A DNA stretch of 33,916 nucleotides. It comes from an uncultured Clostridia bacterium (GTDB taxonomy: Bacteria > Bacillota > Clostridia > Oscillospirales > Ruminococcaceae). This document shows, piece after piece, positions 26,949 through 33,916 of this stretch. A model generated the notes under the pieces. That model worked only from the letters and a program-made list of their open reading frames with translations, was not told the DNA's origin and did no database searches. The stretch lies in contig CALCSA010000485.1 of the NCBI GenBank assembly GCA_937894185.1, positions 1 through 33,916 of the forward strand, in the 5' to 3' direction. The position numbers and the translations under genes are program-made. Position 1 is the stretch's first letter, and every line of letters begins with the position of its first letter.

Positions 26949-28364
26949 TTATGCCTCAAGGGCGGGATCGTAAAAGCTTCCGAACAGCTCCTTGTTGGAG
27001 GGCATATCCATGGGAATGGGCCGGGAAACCCAGGTGGTGTTCATATAATGCTTGAGGCTGATGTTTTCCGAGACGATATTGCCGCCCCAAGTTCCGCAGG
27101 ACATGGATGAGGTCATGGGCATGCCGTTGGTGGCGGAGCCTGCATTGGCTTTGGACTGGGGCTGCCGCACCATAATCCGGGAGACGGGAGCGGCCAGACC
27201 AAGGCGGTGAATGTGGTCGTCATTAAAGGAGTAGATGCCCACCGAGTGACCTTTTCCGCCAATATCGTAGATTTTCCGCATCATGTCCAGAGCGTTTTCA
27301 AATTCGCCCTCGTATTTATGTACCGCCAACAGGGTGGTGAGCTTCTCTTGGCAAAACTTTTTCTCGGGAGCAATGCCGTTCCCTTCCACAAAGATGAATT
27401 TGCGGTCCTCGGGAATGGTAAAGCCTGCGGCCTGCGCCAGCTTTTGGGGCGGAATGGCCACGGTATCGGACAGGCGGTGGCCCTCTTGATCCCACATCAC
27501 TTTGCCCAGCATTTCCCGCTGGGTGGCGTCGGCAAAGTAGCCGCCTTCCGCCTCCAACTGCCGGAGCACCGCGTCGTAAATGCTGTCGTGAACCACAAGG
27601 TTTCCGTCGGCGGAGCACCCCGAGCCGTAGTCGGAGGTTTTAGAAAGCATGGTGTTGTGGCAAGCTTCCACCACATCGGCGGTCTCATCAAAGATCATGG
27701 TGGCGTTGCCAGCCCCCGAACCGTAGGCCGGGGTTCCGGAAGAGTAGGCCGCCTTGACCATAGGTCTGCCGCCGGTGGCAATGACCAAATCGCTGCATGC
27801 CATCAGAGCATGGGTCATGGGGATGGAGGGCTGGGTGATGCAAAGGAGAATATCCTCGGGGGCTCCCTCTTCTCGCAGGGCCTCCCGCATCATCTCCACA
27901 CATTTGTAGGTGGTCTTTTTGGTGCGGGGATGGGGGCTGAAAATAATAGCGTTCCGCGCCTTGATAGAGTAGACCGCCTGTCCGCCGGGGGTCAGGTCGG
28001 GGTTGGTGGTGGGAACCAGAGAGCCGATGATTCCCACGGGCTTTGCGTATTTGACAATGCCCTTGGCCGGGTCCTCCTCGATAATGCCTACGCTTTTTTG
28101 GCGCAGGGCATCCCGCAGAATCCCCTTAATCTTGCCCCGCTTGTTAAGACGGGATACCGGGTCGCCCAGACCGCCTTCCGCGATGCCCATATCGGTGAGC
28201 ATGGCCCAGGCCTTTTTATTGTAGACCGACCAGGCTACCTTTTGGCAAAGGCGATCAATCCGCTCCTGATCGTAGGTTTCCAAAATCTTTTGCGCTGCCC
28301 GTGCGCGTTCCAACAGCTCATCCAGTTCCCGGGCTTGTTCCGGGGTCATCTCTTTTGTTGCCAT
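26949..28364 (-). CDS. CoA-acylating aldehyde dehydrogenase (AdhE N-domain/EutE/SauS-like)
   Basis: KPVGIIGSLVPTTNP, FSPHP, ATGGRPMVKAAYSSGTPAYGSGAGN, SKTSDYGSGC (catalytic Cys), EKL, GHS, CGTWGGNIVSENI; GGGAGG RBS before ATG 28364. Confidence 0.93.
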   Translation of the reverse strand: MATKEMTPEQARELDELLERARAAQKILETYDQERIDRLCQKVAWSVYNKKAWAMLTDMGIAEGGLGDPVSRLNKRGKIKGILRDALRQKSVGIIEEDPAKGIVKYAKPVGIIGSLVPTTNPDLTPGGQAVYSIKARNAIIFSPHPRTKKTTYKCVEMMREALREEGAPEDILLCITQPSIPMTHALMACSDLVIATGGRPMVKAAYSSGTPAYGSGAGNATMIFDETADVVEACHNTMLSKTSDYGSGCSADGNLVVHDSIYDAVLRQLEAEGGYFADATQREMLGKVMWDQEGHRLSDTVAIPPQKLAQAAGFTIPEDRKFIFVEGNGIAPEKKFCQEKLTTLLAVHKYEGEFENALDMMRKIYDIGGKGHSVGIYSFNDDHIHRLGLAAPVSRIMVRQPQSKANAGSATNGMPMTSSMSCGTWGGNIVSENISLKHYMNTTWVSRPIPMDMPSNKELFGSFYDPALEA

Positions 28365-28433
28365 ATCAAAAACCTCCCTACGATTGTGTTCTGCTCGTTC
28401 CTCTTTGTACATCGTGATATTTCTTTCATTGTA

Positions 28434-28500
28434 ACTATACCCCATATCTTGAGATAAGAAAAATTGTTATTTCTTATTTAAAGCATAGTTAAATCTTATG
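28434..28500 (-). promoter_or_regulatory. LysR-type promoter module A (catabolic operon)
   Basis: Minus strand: CATAAGATTTAACTATG-6 bp-ATAAGAAATAACAATTTTTCTTAT-14 bp-TATAGT; same layout as modules B and C. Confidence 0.7.
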
Positions 28501-28502
28501 TG

Positions 28503-28967
28503 TCACATCCGCAGACGCATTTCCGGACGGGTAGACTCCTGAAAACCCAGCTGATCGTATAAAGATTTGCCTGCCTGAGTGGCGGTCAGATCAATAGAAT
28601 CCACCCCTAGTTTGCGGGCCTCCTCCACTATACGGCTCACCACCAAAGAGGCGTATCCTTTGCGCCTGTGCTGCGGATCAGTGATGACATTAAGGAGGGT
28701 ACCGGTTTTGCCGGTGGGAAATACCACCGACGCCGGCTTGTTGCAGATTGCCAGATAGGCGGTGGAAACCACGTTTCCATCCACTTCCGCAAAGACCGCC
28801 AGAAAGCTTTTGTCCTCCAGCCCCTGCCAAAAGTAACCGGGAAGCTGGGCCAGAATCTTCTCGCGATCCGAGGGAGAAATCTCCCCGTAATCGGCGGCAA
28901 TGTAGTCCATGCGCAGGCGAACCAGCAGTTCAATGTCTCCTTGATGGGCGGTGCGTATGGCAACCAT
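28503..28967 (-). CDS. GNAT-family N-acetyltransferase
   Basis: AAGGAGG RBS; IRTAHQGD, NVITDPQHRRKGYA (acetyl-CoA motif A), LTATQAGKSLYDQLGF. Confidence 0.92.
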   Translation of the reverse strand: MVAIRTAHQGDIELLVRLRMDYIAADYGEISPSDREKILAQLPGYFWQGLEDKSFLAVFAEVDGNVVSTAYLAICNKPASVVFPTGKTGTLLNVITDPQHRRKGYASLVVSRIVEEARKLGVDSIDLTATQAGKSLYDQLGFQESTRPEMRLRM

Positions 28968-29070
28968 GCCCTTCCTCCTTCTAGACAGGACTTCTCTGGC
29001 AAAGCCTTGAATCCTGTGGTATGATGGGGTAATATCACGGAAAAACATAGATTTGCTTCCGTTCTACTCC

Positions 29071-29137
29071 CATAGTTAATTCTTATGGTTCGGATAATAA
29101 GAAACAATTTGACTTATATCCATTCAGTGACTATGCT
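29071..29137 (+). promoter_or_regulatory. LysR-type promoter module B (4Fe-4S gene)
   Basis: CATAGTTAATTCTTATG-6 bp-ATAATAAGAAACAATTTGACTTAT-14 bp-TATGCT; contains TTGACT-17-TATGCT. Confidence 0.72.
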
Positions 29138-29259
29138 AAATTTACTATTTTTATGGATTGTGCATAAAATCAGTGATGTCTCCGCAAGCCCCATCATCTT
29201 GTTCTGCCAAGACCTGATCCCACGGAAATTCAGCTGAAACCAGAAAGGAATGATGCTCT

Positions 29260-30093
29260 GTGACAGCGTTGGATCTTGATCGAATTGCCGCCGCATTTGT
29301 GGAGTCTTCACCCCTCAACCGTGTTGCCGCCGACAAAGCTCTCCGCCCCGATCTTGTGGGAATGAAGATGCTGGAAGCCCCTATTTTTGGGTTTGCAGCA
29401 GCGGACGATGATTACATTCTCAGCCTGCAGGACAATCCCGGGGCCAACCTAAAGATGGACCCACCCACCTTTTGGCTGGAGGGCGCCAAGACCGTCATCT
29501 CCCTGTTCCTGCCCTTTCCCGATGAGGTAAAGCGCAGCAATCGGCTGGACCGCCAACTGCCCTCTCAGGAATACATGCACTCCCGGGTGGATGGGCAGAC
29601 CTTCATTATCGCTTTGTGCCGCCACCTCAAAGAAGCGCTGGAGACCGAGGGTTATCAAGCCGTCATCCCCGCCGCCGATCCCCGTTTCTGGAGTAACGCC
29701 GCTATCGACAAACATGGCAATGGCATGTTGTTTACCAGCAACTGGTCGGAGCGTCACGCCGCTTATGGAGCAGGGCTGGGCACCTTTTCCCTCAACCGGG
29801 CCCTCATCACTCAAAAGGGGATGTCCGGGCGTTTGGGCAGTCTCATCACCAATTTAGAGCTCCCCTCCACTCCCCGGGCTTACACACAGCTGGAGGAGTA
29901 CTGCATTCTTTGTGGCGCATGTATCGTCTCCTGTCCCGCCGAAGCCATTTCGTTGGACAAAGGGAAGCAGCATCCTCCCTGCAACACTTATCTGGGGGGG
30001 ATTCTGGCGGCCAACCGCCCCTACTACGGCTGCGGAAAATGTCAGGTCTCGGTTCCCTGCGAACATAAAGCCCCTGGCATTCCCACGAGATAG
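29260..30093 (+). CDS. QueG/reductive-dehalogenase-like double 4Fe-4S protein
   Basis: SERHAAYGAGLGTF...GRLGSLIT, CILCGACIVSCP, C...CGKCQVSVPC; GTG start after AAAGGA. Confidence 0.85.
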   Translation: MTALDLDRIAAAFVESSPLNRVAADKALRPDLVGMKMLEAPIFGFAAADDDYILSLQDNPGANLKMDPPTFWLEGAKTVISLFLPFPDEVKRSNRLDRQLPSQEYMHSRVDGQTFIIALCRHLKEALETEGYQAVIPAADPRFWSNAAIDKHGNGMLFTSNWSERHAAYGAGLGTFSLNRALITQKGMSGRLGSLITNLELPSTPRAYTQLEEYCILCGACIVSCPAEAISLDKGKQHPPCNTYLGGILAANRPYYGCGKCQVSVPCEHKAPGIPTR

Positions 30094-30118
30094 CCCGGTT
30101 GTCATCTTCTTGCGATTC

Positions 30119-30185
30119 CATAGTATAAACCAATGGATTAGATAGCTACAAACAATTTGACTTATGTCTCCCATGATATTATACT
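30119..30185 (+). promoter_or_regulatory. LysR-type promoter module C (aroC)
   Basis: CATAGTATAAACCAATG-6 bp-ATAGCTACAAACAATTTGACTTAT-14 bp-TATACT; contains TTGACT-17-TATACT. Confidence 0.7.
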
Positions 30186-30243
30186 TTTTGTGATAGATTT
30201 TATAAATTCTGCACAAAACGCAACATGGAGGAGGAACTGAACC

Positions 30244-31422
30244 ATGATGGGAAATACCTTTGGCAAACTGTTTCGCATTACAACCTGCGGTGAATCCTAT
30301 TCCGGATGTTTCCGCAAAAAACCAGGAATTCCCAAAGAGCTTTATGGCGGCCTGCTGGTGATTGTGGACGGCGTCCCTGCCGGAATCAAAATTACCGCCG
30401 AGATGGTACAGGCCGAACTGGACAAGCGTAAACCCGGCCAAACCCCCTTGGATTCCCCCCGTTTGGAAAAGGATATCTGCTACATCTTTTCCGGCGTGAT
30501 GGAAAACGATCTGACCACCGGTGCGCCTGTAGGCATTGTCATCCCCAATAACGATATTGAGGACATCCACGTAGGCCAGTACCGGGATTACAAAGATTCC
30601 ATCCGCCCCGGCCACGCCGAATACTGCTACTTTAAGAAATACGGCGAGTTTACCGACTGGGTGGGTGCGGGACGGGCTTCCGGCCGCGAGACTGCCAGCC
30701 GTGTTGCCGGCGGAGCCGTTGCCAAGCAGGTTCTGGATCAGATAGGGATCGACGTCATCGGATTTATCACCGAATCCCACGGCATCAAGGCAAAGCCTGT
30801 TACTTACGAAGAAGCCAAGAAGAACTACCGGGCCAACGAGCTGAACTGCCCTGATCTGGAAGCTGCCCCCAAGATGATCGAGGACATCCTTAAGGTGAAG
30901 GATTCCGGCGATACCTGTGGCGGTGTAGTGGAGCTGATCATCAAGGGTGTTCCTGCCGGGTTGGGCGAGCCTGTCTTTGACCGTCTGGACGCCACCCTTT
31001 CTCACGCTCTCATGTCTATCGGCGCCATCAAGGGCATCGAATTCGGCGCAGGCTTTGAGGTTGCCCGCATGGCAGGTTCCCAGTGCAACGATGAGTCTTA
31101 TGTAGACCCCGAGACCGGACGGGTCGCTTTCTACACCAACAACGCCGGCGGTGTTCTGGGCGGCATCTCCAATGGAAGCGAAATCCGCATCCGTCTGGCG
31201 GTCAAACCCACCCCCACCGTTTCCGTTCCCCAGAAGGCTGTGGATGTGGAGAAGATGGAGGACGGGATTCTGGAGCCCATCACCCGCCGCGACGCCACCC
31301 TGCTTTCCCGCATTTATCCCGTGTGCGAGGCCATGGCCCGCGTCGCCATTCTGGATGCTCTCATGGCTGCCAACGCCTACCGCTCTGTGACCAATATCGA
31401 TCCTAAATGGGATAAAATCTAA
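30244..31422 (+). CDS. aroC: chorismate synthase-family protein (atypical)
   Basis: GNTFGKLFRITT, TTGAPVG, RPGHA, GRASGRETA, GDTCGG, GLGEPVFDRLD, NNAGGVLGGISNG, KPTPT; GESY replaces GESH. Confidence 0.9.
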   Translation: MMGNTFGKLFRITTCGESYSGCFRKKPGIPKELYGGLLVIVDGVPAGIKITAEMVQAELDKRKPGQTPLDSPRLEKDICYIFSGVMENDLTTGAPVGIVIPNNDIEDIHVGQYRDYKDSIRPGHAEYCYFKKYGEFTDWVGAGRASGRETASRVAGGAVAKQVLDQIGIDVIGFITESHGIKAKPVTYEEAKKNYRANELNCPDLEAAPKMIEDILKVKDSGDTCGGVVELIIKGVPAGLGEPVFDRLDATLSHALMSIGAIKGIEFGAGFEVARMAGSQCNDESYVDPETGRVAFYTNNAGGVLGGISNGSEIRIRLAVKPTPTVSVPQKAVDVEKMEDGILEPITRRDATLLSRIYPVCEAMARVAILDALMAANAYRSVTNIDPKWDKI

Positions 31423-31434
31423 AGGTCATATTCT

Positions 31435-31469
31435 TCCCCCTGTGTCATATCGACATGGGGGGATTTTTT
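31435..31469 (+). terminator. intrinsic terminator after aroC (overlaps the 3' end of the convergent lacI)
   Basis: TCCCCCTGTGTC/GACATGGGGGGA stem followed by TTTTTT. Confidence 0.7.
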
Positions 31470-32572
31470 CCGCCTGGAAGCTTTTCCATGTATGGCATTC
31501 GCTTGACCGCCGTGGAGTTGCGCACAATCAGGTCGGTGCCAATCATCTTGTCCTCCACGTTGCGGCCCCGGAGCATAGCGATCACCATATTCACCGCCGC
31601 ATAGCCGATGTCGTAGGGGAGCTGCCGCACCGAGGTAAGCATCGGCCGGGAAATCCGGGCCACTTCGGTGTTGTCGTACCCCACAATGGATACCTGACCC
31701 GGCACCGAGATGTTTTGTTCCTGCAAAGCCTGCAGCACCCCGGAAGCCACCCAATCGTTGGAGCAGATGACGGCGTCAAACTCGGTCATAGAGGTCAAAA
31801 AACGCTTCATGGAGCTGTATCCGCTGTCGTAATTATAGCTGGTCATGGTCACCAGATTGCGGTCAAAGGGTACCTGCGCTTCCTCCAAAGCCCGCTGATA
31901 ACCTGCCAGACGATCCAGAGAGGAATACGCTCCCCGCTGATCGGAATCCATCAGCTTCATCAGTTCTTCCACATTGGTGGCGGGGTTTTCCCAGAAGCCG
32001 GCAAAAAAGGCAATGCGGCGGTGCCCCTGATGGAGAAGAAACTTAGTGACGGTATAGCCGCCTTCCACGTCATCGGTGTAGACGTGGGGGACGCCCGGGA
32101 TGATACCACGGCGGGAAGCAATGACCACCGGCATTTTTTTGGAAAATACCACATTGAGATGATCCGAACTGGCCACCGAAATGGGGCAGTAAATCAGCCC
32201 GGCAGCGGCGGAAGATGCCACCGAGTATAGGCACTGAATGTCTTTTTCCGCGTTTCCGTCGCTGGAAAAGGCGGTGACGCGGTAGCCCTGCTCTAAAGCG
32301 CAATCCAAAGCCCCGTCTATGATTTTGCCAAAATACTGGTTGGAGGCCGTGGGGACAATCATCCCAAGGATACGGCTGTTTCCGGTGCGCACATATTGGG
32401 CGCTTGCGTTAGGAACATAGCCCAGCTTTTCGATGGTGCTCTGTACCCGGTCCCGAAGCTCAGGGGCAACGCTGGGATTGTTGTTGAGGATTCTGGATAC
32501 CGTGGAAACAGAAACCCCTGCCTCTTTGGCAACATCGGATATGGTGACTTGCTTCATCCTGCTAATATCCAA
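31445..32572 (-). CDS. LacI-family transcriptional regulator
   Basis: VTISDVAKEAGVSVSTVSRILN, YVPNASA, VPGQVSIVGYDN, LTSV, VRNST; start TTG 32572 or ATG 32557. Confidence 0.95.
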   Translation of the reverse strand: MDISRMKQVTISDVAKEAGVSVSTVSRILNNNPSVAPELRDRVQSTIEKLGYVPNASAQYVRTGNSRILGMIVPTASNQYFGKIIDGALDCALEQGYRVTAFSSDGNAEKDIQCLYSVASSAAAGLIYCPISVASSDHLNVVFSKKMPVVIASRRGIIPGVPHVYTDDVEGGYTVTKFLLHQGHRRIAFFAGFWENPATNVEELMKLMDSDQRGAYSSLDRLAGYQRALEEAQVPFDRNLVTMTSYNYDSGYSSMKRFLTSMTEFDAVICSNDWVASGVLQALQEQNISVPGQVSIVGYDNTEVARISRPMLTSVRQLPYDIGYAAVNMVIAMLRGRNVEDKMIGTDLIVRNSTAVKRMPYMEKLPGGKNPPMSI

Positions 32573-32591
32573 CCCACTCCTTTTCGCTGCG

Positions 32592-32626
32592 CGGCGCAGA
32601 AAAGCCGTTTCCTCTTTCCTGCGCCG
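32592..32626 (-). other. stem-loop between aroA and lacI
   Basis: CGGCGCAGGAAAG/CTTTTCTGCGCCG on the minus strand, with no U-tract. Confidence 0.5.
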
Positions 32627-32646
32627 GCATCTTCAAAAAGTATAAT

Positions 32647-33916
32647 TTACTGCGTTTCAACATCGGCGCCCATATTTCCCATCACCTCAAAAAAGTTGGG
32701 GAAAGTCACGGCGACGCACTCGGCATCCTGCACCACCGTTTCGCCTTCTGCAAAGAAGCCGGCGATGGTCATGGCCATGGCGATCCGGTGGTCGTGATAG
32801 CTTTCTACTTTTGCGCCGGTAAGGGGCTTGCCTCCGTGAACCACCATGTAGTCGTCCCCTACATCAATGGAGGCTCCCATCTTACCCAGCTCACTCTGCA
32901 TCACAGCCACCCGGTCGGTCTCCTTCAGGCGGACGGCATCCAGTCCGATAAAGGTGGTGTCCCCTTGAGCATAGGCCGCCGCCACCGACAGGGCGGGGAG
33001 AGAATCGGGAATGTTCTGCAGGTCCAGAGTAAAGCCGGATTTAAGGGGCTTTCCGCCTTTGATCAGCAGGCGGCCGCCCTCCACATCCTTTTGGATATCG
33101 GCTCCCATGGAGATGAGGTGATCCACCACCGCCTTGTCCCCCTGACTGTCGTGGAAATCCACGCCATCAATGATGACATCGGACTGGGTGACAACCGCTG
33201 CCACCAAGGGGAAGGCCACACCGGACCAGTCGCTGGCGATGACGGTATCCTGAGCCTGATAGCTCTTGCCGCCCTGAATCTTAAAGTACTTAAACTCCTG
33301 GGGATTCTCGATTTCCACGCCATGACGCTTGATCCAGTCCAGAGTCATCTGCAGGTAGGGGGTTTCCAGAGGATTATCCACTACGATTTCAGTTTCTCCC
33401 GGCAGCAAAGGCGCAATCATCAGGGTGGCGGAAATCATCTGGGAAAGCAGCCCGGTAAAGTGGACCTTTCCCCCGGTCAGGCCGCCTTTTACCACAATGG
33501 GGCAGGAATTGGAACCGGGCTTTGTAAAGACTGCCTTGCCGCCCAAAGCATTGATGGCCTCCACAGAAGGATAGATGGGCCTGCGGCGAATCTGCTCATC
33601 CCCGGTGATGAAGGTGTAGCCGTCCACCAGACCTGCCATCATGGAACCAAAGGCCGACACCGTTCCGGAGTTGCCGCACTCCAGATAGTTATCCGGGACC
33701 TGCAGGTGTTTGCCCCGGCCCTCCACCGTCCACACGCCGTCTGCTATGGTCACCTTGGCGCCAAAGGCTTTAGCGGCTTCCAGTGAGCTTTTGGCATCCT
33801 GACTGGTCAGAGGATTGCGGATATAGGATGTGCCATCCGACATGGTGGCCATCAGTACGGCACGAATGGTATGGCTTTTGGATCCGGGCGCTTGGGCATG
33901 TCCGGCAAGGGTGCTT
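32647..33916 (-). CDS. aroA: 3-phosphoshikimate 1-carboxyvinyltransferase (EPSP synthase) family; 5' end beyond window
   Basis: Frame stays open upstream of the ORF-track start to the window edge (STLAGHAQAPGSKSHTIRA); GNSGT, RRRP, QGD, PD, RLKETDR, DHRIAM. Confidence 0.93.
   Translation of the reverse strand, partial: STLAGHAQAPGSKSHTIRAVLMATMSDGTSYIRNPLTSQDAKSSLEAAKAFGAKVTIADGVWTVEGRGKHLQVPDNYLECGNSGTVSAFGSMMAGLVDGYTFITGDEQIRRRPIYPSVEAINALGGKAVFTKPGSNSCPIVVKGGLTGGKVHFTGLLSQMISATLMIAPLLPGETEIVVDNPLETPYLQMTLDWIKRHGVEIENPQEFKYFKIQGGKSYQAQDTVIASDWSGVAFPLVAAVVTQSDVIIDGVDFHDSQGDKAVVDHLISMGADIQKDVEGGRLLIKGGKPLKSGFTLDLQNIPDSLPALSVAAAYAQGDTTFIGLDAVRLKETDRVAVMQSELGKMGASIDVGDDYMVVHGGKPLTGAKVESYHDHRIAMAMTIAGFFAEGETVVQDAECVAVTFPNFFEVMGNMGADVETQ

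Noticed and set aside
23322-28457. Long plus-strand ORFs 23322..25319, 25326..27110 and 27207..28457
   Set aside because: Antisense shadows of the motif-rich minus-strand operon; no RBS or family motifs; typical of GC3-rich genes.
29200-29225. GCCAAGACCTG resembling the B12-box of cobalamin riboswitches, upstream of the QueG-like gene
   Set aside because: The other conserved cobalamin riboswitch elements are not visible; only an Rfam scan could rescue it.
1-33916. CRISPR arrays, tRNA/rRNA genes, IS elements, defence systems
   Set aside because: No regularly spaced repeats, cloverleaf signatures, transposases or defence-type genes were seen on manual reading.

Overview
A 33.9-kb chromosomal segment of a probably spore-forming Clostridia-type Firmicute (moderately GC-rich coding regions, strong GGAGG ribosome-binding sites, sigmaA and sporulation-type promoters). 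The left half (1-16.8 kb) is mostly core genome: the 5' part of rpoB, a Ca2+-type P-type ATPase, a XerC-like recombinase, DUF421/DUF4363 spore genes, recG, metA, sfsA, pyrC and several lipoproteins. The right half is accessory metabolism. It holds a LacI-controlled GDPD + ABC uptake operon, then a four-gene catabolic operon (CoA-acylating aldehyde dehydrogenase, TIM-barrel dehydratase-like gene with one in-frame TGA, ThDP enzyme, HMG-CoA-lyase-like enzyme). After that come a GNAT, a QueG-like 4Fe-4S protein, an atypical aroC, a second LacI and an atypical aroA that runs off the window. The best candidate for an undescribed system is this catabolic operon. It shares a previously unannotated 67-bp LysR-type promoter module with the Fe-S gene and aroC (three copies, identical spacing). 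Its enzyme set could cleave a quinate/shikimate-derived cyclohexanedione to acetyl-CoA + 2-oxoglutarate via homocitryl-CoA; this pathway is an inference. No CRISPR array, tRNA/rRNA or IS element was seen.
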